Part shown: positions 1-12,059 of the stretch, piece after piece
Layout: each line of letters begins with the position of its first letter
Numbering within the stretch: the stretch's first letter is position 1
Assembly: GCA_028534125.1 (NCBI GenBank)
Contig: CM052818.1
Coordinates: 19,036,001-19,100,000 of the forward strand
DNA from: Lama glama
Lineage: Eukaryota
Length of the DNA stretch: 64,000 nt
Direction of reading: 5' to 3'
Translations under genes and position numbers: made by a program
The notes under the pieces: model-generated
What the model was told of the DNA's origin: nothing
Database searches by the model: none
Seen by the model: the letters and a program-made list of their open reading frames with translations, nothing else

Positions 1-329
1 ATAATGTGAAATTAATTAGACCAGGAGGCAAATTAGGTTGAGGTGGTCTACGGAAGCAAACCAAAAATCTAAGCCTGTAAATGCCTCAATGTTAACAGAT
101 TGAAACCTAAGGACAACCAATCACAGCCAACTAGGTTTTAAGATATAGCCAATGAATAAATTCCTTACTTTGCTTCTGTTTTTTTTTTTTTTTTCCCCTA
201 TAAAAGTTTGCCTCTGGCTCCCATCAGTGCAGTGCTTGTAGCCACTCTGGTTTGATGCTGCCTGATTTGAATGAATTTTGCTCAAATAAGTTTTTAAATT
301 TTTTAAATGTTTCATTTTATCTTTTAACA
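1..329 (+). mobile_element. ERV1-type LTR, 3' portion (cut by window start)
   Basis: CCAAT motifs, TATAAAA near 199, polyA-like AATAA near 285, ends ...CTTTTAACA, as in MER4-group LTR architecture. Confidence 0.55.
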
Positions 330-440
330 GTTCAAAAACATCGGAAGACAGTACTCCCCAAGACTCTTCAAAGATCTTTGCCTCCAACCCTTGCCTTGCT
401 GTGTCCATTGTTGGGCTGCATCCCACAGGCCTGCAAGCCC

Positions 441-919
441 TGTACTAGCTCAGCCTCAAGAGCAAAGAAAGAGCCTGGAGTCAGTGACAGAGACATCATT
501 GTTTTGATAGGGAGATCTTACATGTCTGAAGCAAGGCTTTGGAGTGACACCCCACTGTGTGCGGTGGACTGCGGGCAGGGCACAGTGGTAGTCTTCCTCC
601 CTACGGAGAGGGGGAGGTTACCAGTTATAGGGGGAATTGACCTCAGGTTGGCTCATCAGTTGTCAGGGTAACCAGCAGAGGCATGTCTCTCACTGCCCCT
701 TTGATAAACTATCACAGTAGAAACAGTTCTGATCTAAAGATTAGATCACCAGCTGGGGCCAGGGGCAAGGCCATAGGCATTTACTGATGGGGCTCTAGGA
801 TTAAGAGGGAAGGTTGGTTACGTGAGTAGGGTGTAGGTGAAGCAGGTACTGGGTGAGCAGGGGATGTACAGAGAGCAAGAGAACAGCCATCTTGGGTGGC
901 CTGATGGCCTGATCATACA
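441..919 (-). mobile_element. probable ERV solo LTR
   Basis: TG...CA-bounded ~480 bp block with LTR-like composition. Family not identified and boundaries approximate. Confidence 0.35.
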
Positions 920-1454
920 TCCATCAATCCTAAACTATTACAATATGGTCCTCCCTGAATTCTAGTCAAGTCTTGGCATTGAAATACCCACCTTCAACCA
1001 GCCTTTACCCTCCCTCCTCCAGGATGTTCCTACGACTGGTTTGGCCTCACCATGGTGAGAATAATTGGTCTTAAAGATCATTTTGACAACCATTGCAAGG
1101 AGCCAGTGCCCCACAGGTGCCTTTCCTGCATCACCTGGTTGTAGGGTCTGCTGCCTACAAGTCTTCATTCCTGTGTGGGAGAGTGAGGAGGACGGGGAGC
1201 GAGCCCCAGGCCTCCGGGAATGGGCCCAGCCCCACAGAATGGGCACGAGCCTTCGTCACAGCCTCTCTGCCCATGTGTTCAGACTGTGCAGCTCCACGAA
1301 GATCCAGACCACAAAACAGGAGACGTGGGTCCTATCTCTGACTTTCCAGGTAGCGCACTGGGAGATCCCTGGCAGGCCTCTCAGCCCATGCCCACAGATG
1401 AGGATCCCCACATGGATGGGATACAAACTGCAGGGCACTCTGGAGATTACAGAG

Positions 1455-1954
1455 NNNNNNNNNNNNNNNNNNNNNNNNNNNNNNNNNNNNNNNNNNNNNN
1501 NNNNNNNNNNNNNNNNNNNNNNNNNNNNNNNNNNNNNNNNNNNNNNNNNNNNNNNNNNNNNNNNNNNNNNNNNNNNNNNNNNNNNNNNNNNNNNNNNNNN
1601 NNNNNNNNNNNNNNNNNNNNNNNNNNNNNNNNNNNNNNNNNNNNNNNNNNNNNNNNNNNNNNNNNNNNNNNNNNNNNNNNNNNNNNNNNNNNNNNNNNNN
1701 NNNNNNNNNNNNNNNNNNNNNNNNNNNNNNNNNNNNNNNNNNNNNNNNNNNNNNNNNNNNNNNNNNNNNNNNNNNNNNNNNNNNNNNNNNNNNNNNNNNN
1801 NNNNNNNNNNNNNNNNNNNNNNNNNNNNNNNNNNNNNNNNNNNNNNNNNNNNNNNNNNNNNNNNNNNNNNNNNNNNNNNNNNNNNNNNNNNNNNNNNNNN
1901 NNNNNNNNNNNNNNNNNNNNNNNNNNNNNNNNNNNNNNNNNNNNNNNNNNNNNN
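1455..1954. other. assembly gap (500 N) flanked by an identical 199-bp overlap
   Basis: 1256-1454 is repeated exactly at 1955-2153 on either side of the N run. Confidence 0.97.
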
Positions 1955-2539
1955 TCACAGCCTCTCTGCCCATGTGTTCAGACTGTGCAGCTCCACGAAG
2001 ATCCAGACCACAAAACAGGAGACGTGGGTCCTATCTCTGACTTTCCAGGTAGCGCACTGGGAGATCCCTGGCAGGCCTCTCAGCCCATGCCCACAGATGA
2101 GGATCCCCACATGGATGGGATACAAACTGCAGGGCACTCTGGAGATTACAGAGGCAAGAAATGGCCCCCACCATTCGCCCAGTGAGTTCCAACTCCTTGG
2201 CCTGGATCATTTAAAAACAATTGAAAAATAGAGAAAAGAAAGGAAGAAGTAAAAAAGAGGAAACACCCTGTTAACTTTTGGTCTGTTTCCTCCTAGCTTT
2301 TCACTTATGCATATAATCTATGATCATATGCATATAGCCTATGTATGAAGTTATATCTTATTTTTTTCACTTATAATGAGGATACTTCCTCGTGATAATA
2401 AAATCTCCTTGGAAAACCGAGCTTAAAGGCATCAAAATATTGCACCAACTAGATATAACCTAGTGTTTATTTACAAATTCTATGACTAGACAACTGTTTT
2501 CACTTTTTCACGATTGTAAATTATACTGCCATTAATTAT

Positions 2540-3650
2540 TAGGTAAATGCAAATCAAAACCACAATGAGGGGGGTGGGAAGGGATAAACCGGGAGTTCAA
2601 GATTTGCAAACACTAACTAATATATATGAAATAGATAAACAACAAGTTCATACTATATACCACAGGGAACTAGACTCAATATCTTGTAGTAACTTATGGT
2701 GAAAAAGAATACGAAAATGAATATATGTATGTTCATGTATGATTGAAGCATTATGCTGTACACCAGATATTGACACAACATTGTAAACTGACTATACTTC
2801 AATTAAAAATATATATATATACAAAACCACAATGAGGTATCACCTCACACTGTTCAGACTGGCCATCGTCAAAAAATCTACAAATAATAAATGCTGGAGA
2901 GGATGTGGAGAAAAGGGAACCCTCCTACACTGTTGGTGGGAATATAAGTTGGTACAACCACTATGGAAAATAGTATAGAGGTGCCTTAAAAATATATATT
3001 TTTAAAAAGCTACCATATGATCCAGCAATCCCACTCCTGTGCATATATCTGGAAAAGACGAAAACTCTTATTTGAAAAGATACATGCTCCCCAATGTTCA
3101 CAGCAGCACTATTTACAACAGCCATGACATGGAAGCAACTTAAATGTCCATTGGCAGATGAGTGGGTAAAGAAAGTGTGGGGTGTGTGTGTGCGTGTATA
3201 AGAGAATATTACTCAGCTATAAAAAAGAATGAAATAATGCCATTTACTGCAACATGGATGGACCTAGAAACTATCATACTAAGTGAAGTAAGTCAGACAG
3301 AGAAAGACAAATATCATATGATATCACTTATATGCAGAATCTAAAAAAAATGATACAAATGAACTTACTTATAAAACAGAAATAAACTCATTGACATAGG
3401 AGGCAAACTTATGGTTACTGGGGGGAAAGGGTTGGGGGGAGGGATAAATTAGGAGTTTGGGATTAACAGAGACACACTACTATATATAAAATAGATAAGC
3501 AACAAGGACCTACTAGCACAGGGAACTATATTCAGTATCTTGTAATAACTTCTAATGGAAAATAATCTGAAAAAAAAACTGAATCACTTTGCTGTACAGC
3601 TGAAACTAACACAAGATTGTAAGTCAACTATACTTCAATTAAAAAAAAAC
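2540..3650 (+). mobile_element. LINE-1 3' end (ORF2 C-terminus plus 3' UTR), 5'-truncated
   Basis: ORF2-end peptide remnant EYYSAIKKNEIMPFTATWMDLETIILSEVSQTEKDKYHMISLIC, then L1 3' UTR ending CTATACTTCAATTAAAAAAAAA. Confidence 0.92.
2571..2821 (+). mobile_element. second L1 3'-UTR fragment nested within the L1 above
   Basis: 16-bp TSD CAAAACCACAATGAGG at 2555-2570 and 2822-2837. Ends in CTATACTTCAATTAAAAA plus a (TA)n tail. Confidence 0.88.
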
Positions 3651-4029
3651 TTTAAAAAATACTGCAATGAACATCTTTGAGCATAAAGCCCACTTTCCCC
3701 TACCTCTAGTTATTGGTATTTGGTCAAGTCCATCAGGAAATGGTTTGCTCCTGGAGAGCACTGTGAGTTATTCATTTTGTACACTTTTTACCTAAGTGCT
3801 TGATCCTGAGCTTGGCACACAGCAGGTGCAAACCTGGGTGACTGCCTGCGTGATGGTGACCAGGACTCTGCTGCAACTCCCCATCCTCCTCGTCCCTGTG
3901 TGACCTTTGCTTCCATTTGGCTGCCACAGGCCATCTGATCCCATTCCTGGGAGACTGGTTTGACTCACATCACCTCCCCACAGTTTTAACCTTGTATAGA
4001 GACTGCCGGGCCAGATCATTAGTGCTTGA

Positions 4030-4190
4030 TTCCGGCTGGACCCTGAAGTCACCTGGGGAGCTTTCAGGAAAGAAGGCTCTGGCTCTCTGGGGAGTATATA
4101 CAACTGGCCCGGGGGTGGGGCCCAAGCTCAATACTTTTTAAAAAATTCAGTGAGTGATTATAAGAGCAGCCACAGTTGAGAACCCCTGAG
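4030..4190. mobile_element. MER5-like hAT-Charlie DNA transposon relic
   Basis: TCACCTGGGGAGCTT...CAGCCACAGTTGAGAACCCCTG motifs typical of MER5. Confidence 0.55.
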
Positions 4191-4773
4191 TTAAATGGTC
4201 CTTGAGGTCCCTTCCAGTTCTCATGATCTCTGAGCTTTGACTGGGTCAGGTTAATGAGGTAGGGATACTATCATATCGCTCTGGGAAAACAGAGTATATA
4301 ATAATTATTTCCAGGACTATATAGTTAAATTCTCAGACCTCAAAGAAAAAAAAATTATAAAGATTATTTCCCCACCTTCTGGAAATATCCTGCCTCCCCA
4401 CACCTCTCCAGTTAATGGTCCTGCAAGGACTCTGGGCTAGCCCATGCTTTGATTATTTCCATTTCACAGGTAAGAAAAGGAAAAATCCCAAAGACAACTA
4501 AGGGTCTGGCTGTTGACAGAATCTGTAGTAGGGAGCCCAGTGTTTTTAACAATTCTATTCAGTAGCCATCTTCTGTGGAGGAGAAATTTCTGGAAGGTGG
4601 CGATGGGTGGGAAGCTTGCAAGTTTAAAAGGAGTATTTGGCGGCCTTTTGTATCCCAAAAATTAATGCTCAGCATGTCAGGTTGGGAAGCAGGGAAAGAG
4701 AAAGAGAGAGGCTCCCCTGATGCCTGGAGCAGTCTTTCCTGTGGCAGAACATCAGCCACACTCCCTGTAATTC

Positions 4774-5223
4774 TGACGGTGTTCAGGACACGCTACTCCA
4801 AAATATGGCACCTTAGCACAGTGAATATTTTAAGAAATATTTGAAGGAATTTGACAAACAGCAATTGTGGGAGGGACTCTCTGACCTTCCCGTGAAGCAA
4901 GTCATAAAGCCCTCATGTGAGAAGTGCTCTCCCTGTAAAGGAGCATCCTTATCTCCAAAGATGGGGGATGACTGGGAGGAATCTGAACAAACAGACCTGC
5001 TAAGTGTCCTCCAGCTTAATACACTTAGCCCCTACCCTAGCACCAAAATGTTCTGATTTGACAGCTTCTTTGAGTCATTTCCTTATGAGAGTTCCAGAGC
5101 TCTCCTGTCATATAAAACTTACATTCAATAAGTTTATGTGCCTTTCTCCTGTTTATCTGTCTTTTGTTCCAGGGACCCAGCGAAGAACCTAGAAGGGTAA
5201 TTTTTTTTTTCTCCTCCTCGCCA
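4774..5223 (+). mobile_element. MER34-like ERV1 solo LTR
   Basis: 5' signature CCAAAATATGGCACCTTAGCA...GAAGGAATTTGA and 3' CTGTTTATCTGTCTTTTGTT...AGAACCTAGAAGGGTA, shared with other copies in this window. Confidence 0.75.
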
Positions 5224-6932
5224 ATCCCAACACGACCACTTTGATTCTGGAAGGTTTTACTTGTGTCTTTAATCGTGGGTCGGCCTGAAAGCGGTCTCAT
5301 GCTCCCATCGTGGTGTTTCAGAGCCGTAGGCAGCTAGCAGTTGAGTCAGTAGCAGGGATTAGGAGTCAGCTGGTGGGGAGCACAAGCGGGGGACGCAGCT
5401 GTTTAGAAGGCGGCCGGAGGGGAGCAGGCTGTGGCAGGAGGCCATTCAGCGGAGGGCCACCTCCAGAGAGAGAGATGGTCAAGTGAATTAGCAAATGAGT
5501 TTTTCTAACAGCTCATTCTCTGATTCAGTAGTGAAATATTGCCTGGCTGTACTAGAATCACCTTTAGGGACTTGTAAGTCACCCCCAAAGAGATTACAGT
5601 GATTTCCCCAGAGAACCCCATGACTTAATGGCAGCTCCATAAGGAATGAAAAAGAAAACCCTGCCATGTTGGAGAAAATAATTATTTCCTCCTGCTAGTA
5701 GACAGATACGGGGCATTGTAGAGGCAGAGCAACTGGAAATGTAGTCTACAGGAGAATGGAAAATTACCATGGGCTTCCAGTCTGGGGTTGCTGCCTGACT
5801 CACTGGGTTCCTGAGAAAGTCAGAGAAGGAGGGCCAGCACCCCCTGCCCTGGTCCTGACTTGCTCTCCTGCCCCCATCTCCAACTTGAGATAAAACACAA
5901 ACTTCTGTTCTGCTTACGGTTCCCAAATCCTTCCTTTTAAAGAATCTTGGCTACAAGAGACTGAGGTGAAGCACATTTTTTCTCGCATTTAAAACATTAG
6001 CCCAAATTTCAAACTTTTAACTGTGGTGGACTGAATAGCCTCACTTTCACACTTAGATGTGTTTTTATATGTTACCACCTTCCAGAAGAGTGAGGCGTTT
6101 GCTTCCTGCTTCATAAAGGAAATGAAATGGGTTAAACAAGAAATCCGTCCCTTTCGGAAATAAAACCCTCCTTGGTTGTTGCAAAGATGATTTGTATGTC
6201 TTCTAAATAGCAGGGAACGCTTGCCGAAACTAAACCCACAGACGTCTCGACAGCTTTATTTGTTCACTCTATTTTGGGCTCCATTATTGAAGCAATCTCT
6301 GTTGGCAGACATTGTTCTACCAATAATTTTTTCAGTGGTTGAATTTTTTTTCTTCTCTTTAATGCGGTTGAACTGAGCACATCCCTCTCAGGATAATCAG
6401 GAGTGGGGCGGGGTGGGTGGGCAAGAGGGGGATGTTATGTTCCTAACTGGATTTTGTCTTAATCCAAAATATCCTAGAGATTCAGGGATTACTCTTCACC
6501 AACATTTTAAGCATAACCAGGTTTCAACAAAGGTTTGGGATCTGAGGGACACAGAAAACTTCCCAAGGGCCCTACTGTCATTCCTTAATTCCACTGGGAG
6601 CCTCCTCTCTGAATTAAAGCAGTTTTGCAGAACTATATCCTAAGGGCTTATTAAGGATTGGAGCTTGTGTTAGGTGATTTTGAGGAGTGTTCCAAGAAGC
6701 AGGGCATTGCTCTGAATTGAATAGTATCAGAAAGTGGAGGTTATTCTATCATTGGGAGCCTTAGTATTTCTTACCTAGAAGACAGGGGGCATGAAGTGAG
6801 ACCACAGCTGTAATCGCTAGAAAGGCAGCGGTCACTCGTATTAGACAAGTAGGAGGGATGTTTGGTCATTTTTGTGGTTTGGACAGTGTTCTTATTTGGT
6901 CTACATTCAGACATGATAATAGTCCACATTAT

Positions 6933-7476
6933 TGTCGGGGAGGGGGACATTACCCCCCCTTCTCCCCTTCTTGAGTTCTTGTGACTGGACTAATAATAAA
7001 ATTGACATAAGACAGATTAGCAGGAGACAAAGAAACACATTAAAATTCATCTGTGTGGACGTTTCATAGAAATGGGACCTAAGAAGTGGCCAAAGCAGGC
7101 AGCTTTTATACTTTTTAGACAAAGAAACAATAAAGTTGTAAGGAATTGACAGGACGAACAAACTTAAGTTTGGGGTTCTTAATTAGCGAAGGATCTAAAC
7201 AGAGTTAGGGCTTGGGTAGTAAGTTAAAGAAGTGACAAGGCTTGTTGATACAAGGCTTCTTGGCTCTAAATCCCTCTCTCTCTAGATAAGGGTGTCCTTC
7301 CACCACCACATGCAGGGAAGGCACCTTTCACCTGAGAGGTTCATTTCCTGCTTCTAGGAAGACAGAGAGGAGGGTCAGGATCTCCCTCTTACATTGGCTG
7401 TTTCTTAAATAACTAATTCAAAATAATCAGTGTGCCACTGAGGCACATTTGGGGTGGTCTGCCCTGAGCCTCAACA
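6933..7476 (-). mobile_element. MER34-like ERV1 solo LTR
   Basis: TG...CA termini. Its reverse complement matches both ends of the + strand copy at 35159-36176. Confidence 0.78.
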
Positions 7477-8589
7477 CTGTCATGCTCTGATTCGGCTCCC
7501 AAAGTGATCTCATTGAGTGCTGATGGTGTGTGGGAGCCTTCCTGTTCAACAGCGGAACGCCGCAGCCCAGCTCCAGGTGCCTCGCCAGCTCCCAGCTCTC
7601 AGGGACTCCGAGGGGCTGCTTTTCTCTTTCTTGTTGTTCTTGCCGTTAATAATGCAGTACTGTTAGTGTTCAGGTTCATTTCTTCGTTTAGACAACCAAA
7701 GGGATAGACCCTGAAACAGTTAAGTGCTGACAGACGAGGAAGCCCATGCACTTAACCTGTAGGAAGGTCTGGGAGACATTAGGGCAGGGTGGAAACAGCC
7801 TCTGTGCCTTAAATGGCCCCAGTCATGACATCGCTGTGTAGCCATTGGCGAACATGGTTCTAGCTTTGAATTAAACAGGAAACGTTAAATGATACCCAGT
7901 GACTTTCTTTAAAGAAGGTGGTGAAAAAGCAATCCATTTCAGAACTAGGATGGTAAAAATCATTAAAATATTTAGGAAAAAAGTGTTCTGCATTGGAGTA
8001 GATATAGCCCCCAGCCTTTAGTGATCCCATTGCACTGGGAGAGGTAAGAATACCTCTGGGGGATCCCTGGCAGATCAGAGACCCTGGGACTTGACTCTCA
8101 CGCAACTCCTGGTCCCCTGGAGGAAGTAGATTCTGCTGTTGAGGGGTCTCTGATGGAATCCTATGGATCAAGTCCCTGCCCCTGGGAGATGCCAGGCTGA
8201 TGGAGGAAGAATGGAACCAGTCCAGTAAGAGAGGCACGGGCCTCGCCTGCCGGCAGTCATGGGGATCATGACAGGGCTTGGCCTTCAGCCTCAGGGACAC
8301 AGTAGGCAGAGCTCAGCTCAGCCTTTTACTAGCAGCCAAGTCATATGGCTCACAAAGCAGATTTTCTATAAACGTCATAATGAGAGAGAACAGCTAAAGT
8401 GAAACAACAAATACTATCTGTATATCGAATAGGAGGAGAGCCAGGGCAATGTCATGAGCTGGCTTTTAAGTGGCTTACAAGCCTGAGAAATGTCCTTGGA
8501 AGAAAAATCAGTAATTCAGCAGTTGTGGGATGTTAGTGGGAGTGTGGAGAGAAGGAGGAAAGATGGAGATAAATAAAGAGAAAGCAAGA

Positions 8590-8815
8590 GCCAACACTTA
8601 TCAAGGGTTTACCATGTGCCAGGTACAGTTTTCTTTTCCATGTGTTATTGCAGTCCTCATAAAAATCCTATAAAATAGGTATTTGCCATTTTCTTCATCT
8701 TACAGAAGAGGAAACGGCGGCACAGGGATGTCAAGTAACTTTCCCAAGTTCTAGTAGGAACTGGAGTTAGGATTTGAGTCCGAACATTCTGGTTCCAGAG
8801 TCTTGCACTAACCCT
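8590..8815 (-). mobile_element. MIR SINE
   Basis: CATCTTACAGAAGAGGAAACGGCGGCACAGGGATGTCAAGTAACTTTCCCAAG core. Confidence 0.7.
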
Positions 8816-8889
8816 TATAAATCATGAACAGTGGTGTGGATCCTGATCAGGCAACCCCTGCAAGCGTATGGGCTCCTCAGAGAAAAGTG

Positions 8890-11220
8890 GAGTCTGCAAG
8901 CTGATTCTAAAATTTATATGGAAAGGCAAAAGAACTAGCCTAGCCAAAACAATGTTGGAAAAGAACAGCGGTGGAGAACACACTACCTGATTTCTAGATT
9001 TACCATAGGCTGCAGTCGTCAAGATAGTGCGGTAGAGGAGAGAGACATATATCAGTGCGACAGAATAGAGTCCAGGAATAGGTCCGTGTATATTTGACCA
9101 ATTGATCTTTGGCAAAGATGCAGGGATAATTCAATGGAGAAAGGCTTTTCAAGGAATGGTGTTGGAATAACTAGATATCCACATGCAAAAAAAAAAAAAA
9201 AGAACCTCTATTTATACTCCATACCCTATAAAGAATGAACTCAGATCATAGATACAAATGTCAAAATTCTAAAACCTATAGAATAAAACATTGTGGCTTT
9301 GGCTTAGGCTGAGATTTCTTAGATATGACACTAAAAGCATAAAAGCAAAAATTAACAACTTGGGTTTCTTCAAAACTAAGAACTTCTGCTATCCAAAAGA
9401 CACTTAAAAAATGAAAAGACAAGCCACAAACTAGAAGAGAATGTTTGCAAAACATATATCTGATAAAGGACTTGAATCCAGAATATATAAAGAACCCACA
9501 AAACTCAATAATAAAAAAAAAATAGAGGAGGCTTTTCCACCAACAGCGCTCCCAACACCCAGGGCCACAGGGAGGGCAGGGGGGAGGGCCCCAGATATCA
9601 GTCAGCCAGCTCTTGTCTCCTCCTCCCAGAGGCCTGAAAGAAGGAGCTGAAAGACCTGGCTTCCTGCATGGCCACCCTCACCAAGGAGAGTGAGCTGAAG
9701 AACAAGGGGCAGAAGGAGGAGCCGTGGCAGGAGCAGGGGCCAAAGTGCTCGGCAGACACTGGGAGGCTGATCCCTGCTTCCCCCCGGGTGGCCCGCAGCC
9801 ACTCCCAAGAGGGCCTAAAAAACAATGTTTTGAGCAGAGATGGAAGAGTCCAGACATTAATTCATCTTGCAGGATCAGGAGTTGCTGATCCTGGAGCTCC
9901 CTTCTCAAATCCTGCAAACAGACTCCTTGAATGCTATCCAGTTCTGGCTACTCTACGCTCCCCTAAAGGAGAAAGACATGGCATTAAGGACTCCTGCAGA
10001 CAGCGGTGGTGGAGTGCCTTCCCCAGCCCCTCGTCTCCATCCCCGCAGAAAAACTCCTGAACCAGCTCTAGGAAGTTCAAGAACCACCTTAAGAGAAGCA
10101 ACAGCTACCCTACAGCTAATCCCCGGAGAAGATGAAGAAACCACCTCCATCAAAAAGGGAAAAACCAGAGAACAGTGGGAAAGCACAAGTTCTCCGCATG
10201 CCCTCAAGCCAGAACCCAGAAGAGAAGGCATCAAAGCCAAAGGCAGAGGGCTGAGGGGTTCATGCCACTTTTCCCCTCTTGCTCAAGAGGAGCCCCTGAG
10301 TTCAGAGATTCATCCCCCACCTCCTCAACAGCAATACCTGTTTTCCTATCACATGGAGCCTATTAAAATACTGTCTCCCCCTTAAGAGGACAGTTCTGCT
10401 CTCAAAAAAAAAAAAAATCAACCCAGCATTAAAAAAAAAATGGGTAAAATATTTGAACAGACAATTCCCTCAAGATGATATATAGGTTGTAAAAAAGCAC
10501 ATGCAAAAATGTTCAACGTAATTTGTCATTAGGGAAATGCAAACTTAAACCACAATGAGATCCACTACACACTTATTAGAATGGTTAAAATAAAAAACCT
10601 AACAAACCCAAGTTCCGGCGAGGATGTGAAGTGACTGGAGTGCTCTTACGTTGCTAGTAGAAATACAAAATGATACTGTCTCTTCAGAAGACGGTTTGGC
10701 AGTTTTTTGTATAAAATTAAACATTTACTATTCAACCTAAAAAACCCACTCCTAGGTATTTACCCAAGAGAACTGAAAATCTGTTAATAGTAGCTTTATT
10801 CAAATTGTCAAAAACTAGAAATGACCCAAATGTCCCTGAAGTAAAGCATGATTAATAAAAAGTGCATCCAGACAATGAAATTCAGCAATAAAAGGAATGA
10901 ACTCTTGGTGTACAGGACAGCATGGATGTATCTCAGTTGCCCTGAGCTTAAGTGAAGGAAGCCAGACTCAAGTCTAAATATTATATGCTTCCATTTATAT
11001 GAATTTTGGAAAAAGACAAAATTATAGGGACAGAAAACAGAGCAGTGATTGCCAGGGACTAGGATGGCAGAAAGGTTGACCACAAAGAGTCAAGGAATTT
11101 TTTCGTGGCTGATGGAAGTCTTCCATATCTTGATTGTGGTAGATAATTGCAGTCGAAATTCATGACACGATACACTAAAAAGGGTGAATTTTACTGTATG
11201 CAAATTATAACTTAATATTT
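8890..11220 (+). mobile_element. old LINE-1 (ORF2 3' region plus 3' UTR) interrupted by the TBATA retrocopy
   Basis: Degenerate ORF2 remnants (e.g. FAKHISDKGLESRIYKEPTKLNNKK). The L1 resumes at ~10418 with CAACCCAGCATTAAAAAAAAAATGGGTAAAATATTTGAACAGAC. Confidence 0.88.
9524..10417 (+). pseudogene. TBATA: 5'-truncated processed pseudogene of TBATA (SPATIAL/C10orf27)
   Basis: Peptides EA*KKELKDLAS..LTKESELK..QKEEPWQEQGPKCSADTGRLIPAS, LQDQELLILEL..ILQTDSLNAIQFWLLYAPLKEKD and ..EKASKPKAEG* match the recalled TBATA C-terminal half, colinear and intronless. Premature TGA at 9635, frameshifts near 9858 and 9986, terminal stop 10252-10254, ATTAAA 10362-10367, polyA 10404-10417. Confidence 0.9.
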
Positions 11221-11589
11221 TAAACAGGGGGGGTTGTAGCAACTTGTGGGGTCCTGACCAGAGCTGGTGAATTGTACAAGGGATCTTTCCAGAATAGGGC
11301 CAGAGTCCTTAGAAGCTCCATCAACTATGTATTTCCAGGCCAGAGAAACCTAAACTCAAGACCCCTTGCTGGCTGCTGACTGGTGGCTTGAGACCTGAAG
11401 GTGGCTGCACTCCCCTGAGGCTCTGGTCTACATGGGGTGGGTGTAACGGGCAGCAGGAGGCAAGCAGTTCAGCTCCGGAGGGGGTGGGGACCTTCCTGAC
11501 TCCCAGCATTTTTTCAGCCCACTCTCCTGGGTCCTTCAGCTGATTCCTTCCTTTTCCAAGTCACCTAGGGAGCTGTCAATCATGATGAA

Positions 11590-11995
11590 CTGGTACTCCA
11601 TCCCACCCCCACCCTAGGAACAAACACATGATAGAGCCCAGCAACTACTCCAGGTCATCGTGATTCATTCACGAAGGCATACAACCCAAGCAAGGCCAAA
11701 CAGCGTCTTACTGGAGACCACTAGATAGATGCTGCGAGAGAGAATTTCATTCTTCCTGGAGGTTACAAAACTGGGAATATTTAGAACCAAGGCTACCACC
11801 GGTGGTCATCTTGCCGGGAGTGGGTAATCAACACAGCTGAGCGATGGCAAAGGGGCCAGGGTGCTGATAACATGCTCTGAGCCCCTGGAGCCGGTCATGC
11901 AAGGAGCAAGAACCACCCCTGAACTTCCCAGTTACTGAACCGTTAAGTCCTCTTTCCTCTTGACTAGTTTCTCTCTACCTGAGGATCTTCACTGA
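11590..11995 (+). mobile_element. old MaLR (MLT1-type) LTR
   Basis: Degenerate GGTCATCTTG and CTGAGCCCCTGGAGCCGGTCATGC...TTCCCAGTTACTGAACC motifs. Confidence 0.5.
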
Positions 11996-12059
11996 CACAC
12001 AGCTAAGTCCCGCCCTGTGGTCACGCACAACTGAGTTCCGTTCGGACGAGCTTAGCCAA

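Noticed and set aside
1065..2231. Longest ORFs (388, 321 and 213 aa)
   Set aside because: They are open only because they run through 500 Ns and a duplicated overlap
9867..10385. 172-aa ORF as a functional retrogene
   Set aside because: It begins at TTG rather than ATG, only the first ~40 residues are in the TBATA frame before a frameshift, and the copy is 5'-truncated with an upstream stop
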